Shown piece after piece: positions 21,330-22,993 of a DNA stretch of 22,993 bases. Source of the stretch: Tubiluchus corallicola (taxonomy: Eukaryota > Animalia > Priapulida); the NCBI GenBank assembly GCA_030141605.1, contig JAQGDQ010001868.1, positions 1-22,993 on the forward strand, read 5' to 3'. The notes beneath the pieces are model-generated. The model had not been told where the DNA came from. It did not search any database and was given only the letters and a program-made list of their open reading frames with translations. How positions within the stretch are numbered: the stretch's first letter is position 1; the number at the start of each line of letters is the position of its first letter. A program made the position numbers and the translations under genes.

Positions 21330-22221
21330 AACGTCAAGATTGATTGACAGACAGACGAATTGGGTGACAAGCAATACAGACTTGTTATAGGAATGTTTTT
21401 TTTTATTTTCTTCCACATATATACATTTTCTTCCACACTCTGATTTCGATGTTGTGATAATGTTTCACACCATTTCACAGGAAGTGTAAGCTAATACTGT
21501 ATCAGAATAATGAACTGACTGAGTGACTGACTAATTAACTACCTTAACTGCCTATCTCACTAACATATTCGATTACAAAAAGTGCAGATTTGTATAGAGT
21601 AGTGTACCCATTGCTAAAACTATAGATTGTTTATTTGCACTGATTAAACAATTATCACAATTAATATCATTGAAAATTTTACAGATTTTATTTAACTGCA
21701 CCATTAAAAGGAAAACTTGTCAAATATAAATCAATATATTTAAATTAAACAACAAAATTATATGAAGTTTCAAACAGCCGTTGCGGTAAGGTAAATGAGA
21801 TGACGTATTACCAAATTACAACAGGACTCCCTAACTGTATATAATATGTAAGTTTTGAGTCTAAACCTCACTCCTCATATGTGTGATGAAAATTGCTATT
21901 GCGAGAACTGTCTCACTGATAACGGATATAACTGCTAACGCTCTTATCTAGCTGGACCACAGGGATATGTCGAGCTCATTTCACAACATATCATTCTTAG
22001 AACGCCAATGAGTTAGTTATTCAGGCGGGATGGATAACTTTCCTGTTTTCTATTGGGTACGGCATTTTTTTTCGCCTTGAGATATAGACAAAGATTTCTT
22101 TGAGAAATGTATTGTTGTGTGTGAACAAAGTAGAAACTTCTAATTATATTTTTTGGGACTAGTGTGACACAAATAATACACCTTGTATGCAGTGATGTAC
22201 GATAATATCATAGCAAAGATA

Positions 22222-22370
22222 TATTTTCTCTGAAATACTGCAATTAGTTTAGTATTTTCTCTGAAATACTGCAATTAGTTTAGTATTTTCTCTGAAATAC
22301 TGCAATTAGTTTAGTATTTTCTCTGAAATACTGCAATTAGTTTAGTATTTTCTCTGAAATACTGCAATTA
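22222..22370 (+). repeat. Perfect 31-bp tandem repeat x4.8 (TATTTTCTCTGAAATACTGCAATTAGTTTAG)
   Basis: Units start at 22222, 22253, 22284, 22315 and 22346. Confidence 0.97.
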
Positions 22371-22993
22371 CAACTCCCTTCATTAAGTAGGTCTAATCAC
22401 AAAACATTAATTTATAAAATTCATTATTTCAGCTATGTTTATCGTGATACTTTATAATCTAGTACGCTTCTCACATAATCATATATTAGTCGCTCTTTTG
22501 CTTCTTCATATGTTCGTTCGTCCTTTTGATTAATCTATTCACTCATTCGTTCCTTGCCTTGTTCCTTTGTATGTTCACTTCTTCCTTCTTTGCTTCCTCC
22601 ACTTAATTTTGCTTAAAACACTGCTTAGGAGAATAACTGTTTTCGGTGTGCAATAGTGTGTAAATGTAGAATAGTTGATTTTAGATGGTAAGAATACTGC
22701 TATACATTTATGCAGCAATAAGTGTGTGCCTTCTTAGAAGAATTAATGATCAGTAATAAATTAGTTCAGATTATCTTGCTTCTAGTTAATATATAAATGT
22801 GTGAGACAGTGTATAAAAGTAAATATTCAGGTGGAGTAAGAAGAAAAAAACATGGTAGCCACAGCAATTTGCCCTGCAATATAATAAAAAAATGATGCTG
22901 CATAGGTTTTCTTTTTTTCACTTATATCTTTCTGTGGTAGGAACCAAAGGAAAGTACGTGTTACATGAAAAATACCAGCAACTGCTAGATTTA

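Noticed and set aside
20869-21478. Six overlapping ORFs of 94-187 aa, including CQEC repeats
   Set aside because: They are open in all frames because the GCCAAG minisatellite lacks stop codons, and there is no evidence of coding function.
19091-22993. Upstream EXTL3 exon (VW...GFPGR...SMVLTGAAFFHK)
   Set aside because: Candidate donors near 19212, 20744 and 22181 gave no convincing match. The exon probably lies beyond the window, though I may have missed a divergent one.

Overview
AT-rich eukaryotic DNA, most likely from an invertebrate animal (spliced gene plus metazoan-type TEs), with no sign of prokaryotic organisation. The only intact host coding sequence I can support is the last two exons of a minus-strand exostosin-like (GT64, EXTL3-type) glycosyltransferase gene: 19090-18962 and 11733-11539. 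Their ~7.2 kb intron holds an Academ-like DNA transposon relic, a 5'-truncated Crack/L2-type LINE and a Gypsy LTR-gag-protease relic with a tRNA-Leu PBS. The first 9.5 kb is a foldback-like composite. It has ~0.7 kb diverged inverted arms with 79-bp subrepeats that run inward into opposite-facing 20-bp satellite arrays. The loop between them carries a decayed Gypsy gag N-terminus joined to an intronless glycogenin fragment and a 23-bp minisatellite. This composite is flanked by a 1004-bp inverted duplication that looks identical, and is preceded by a direct copy of its own array joined through a 7-bp microhomology. That is the signature of a two-template-switch DUP/INV/DUP rearrangement or of a chimeric-read/assembly artefact. 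All alignments and identities were judged by eye.
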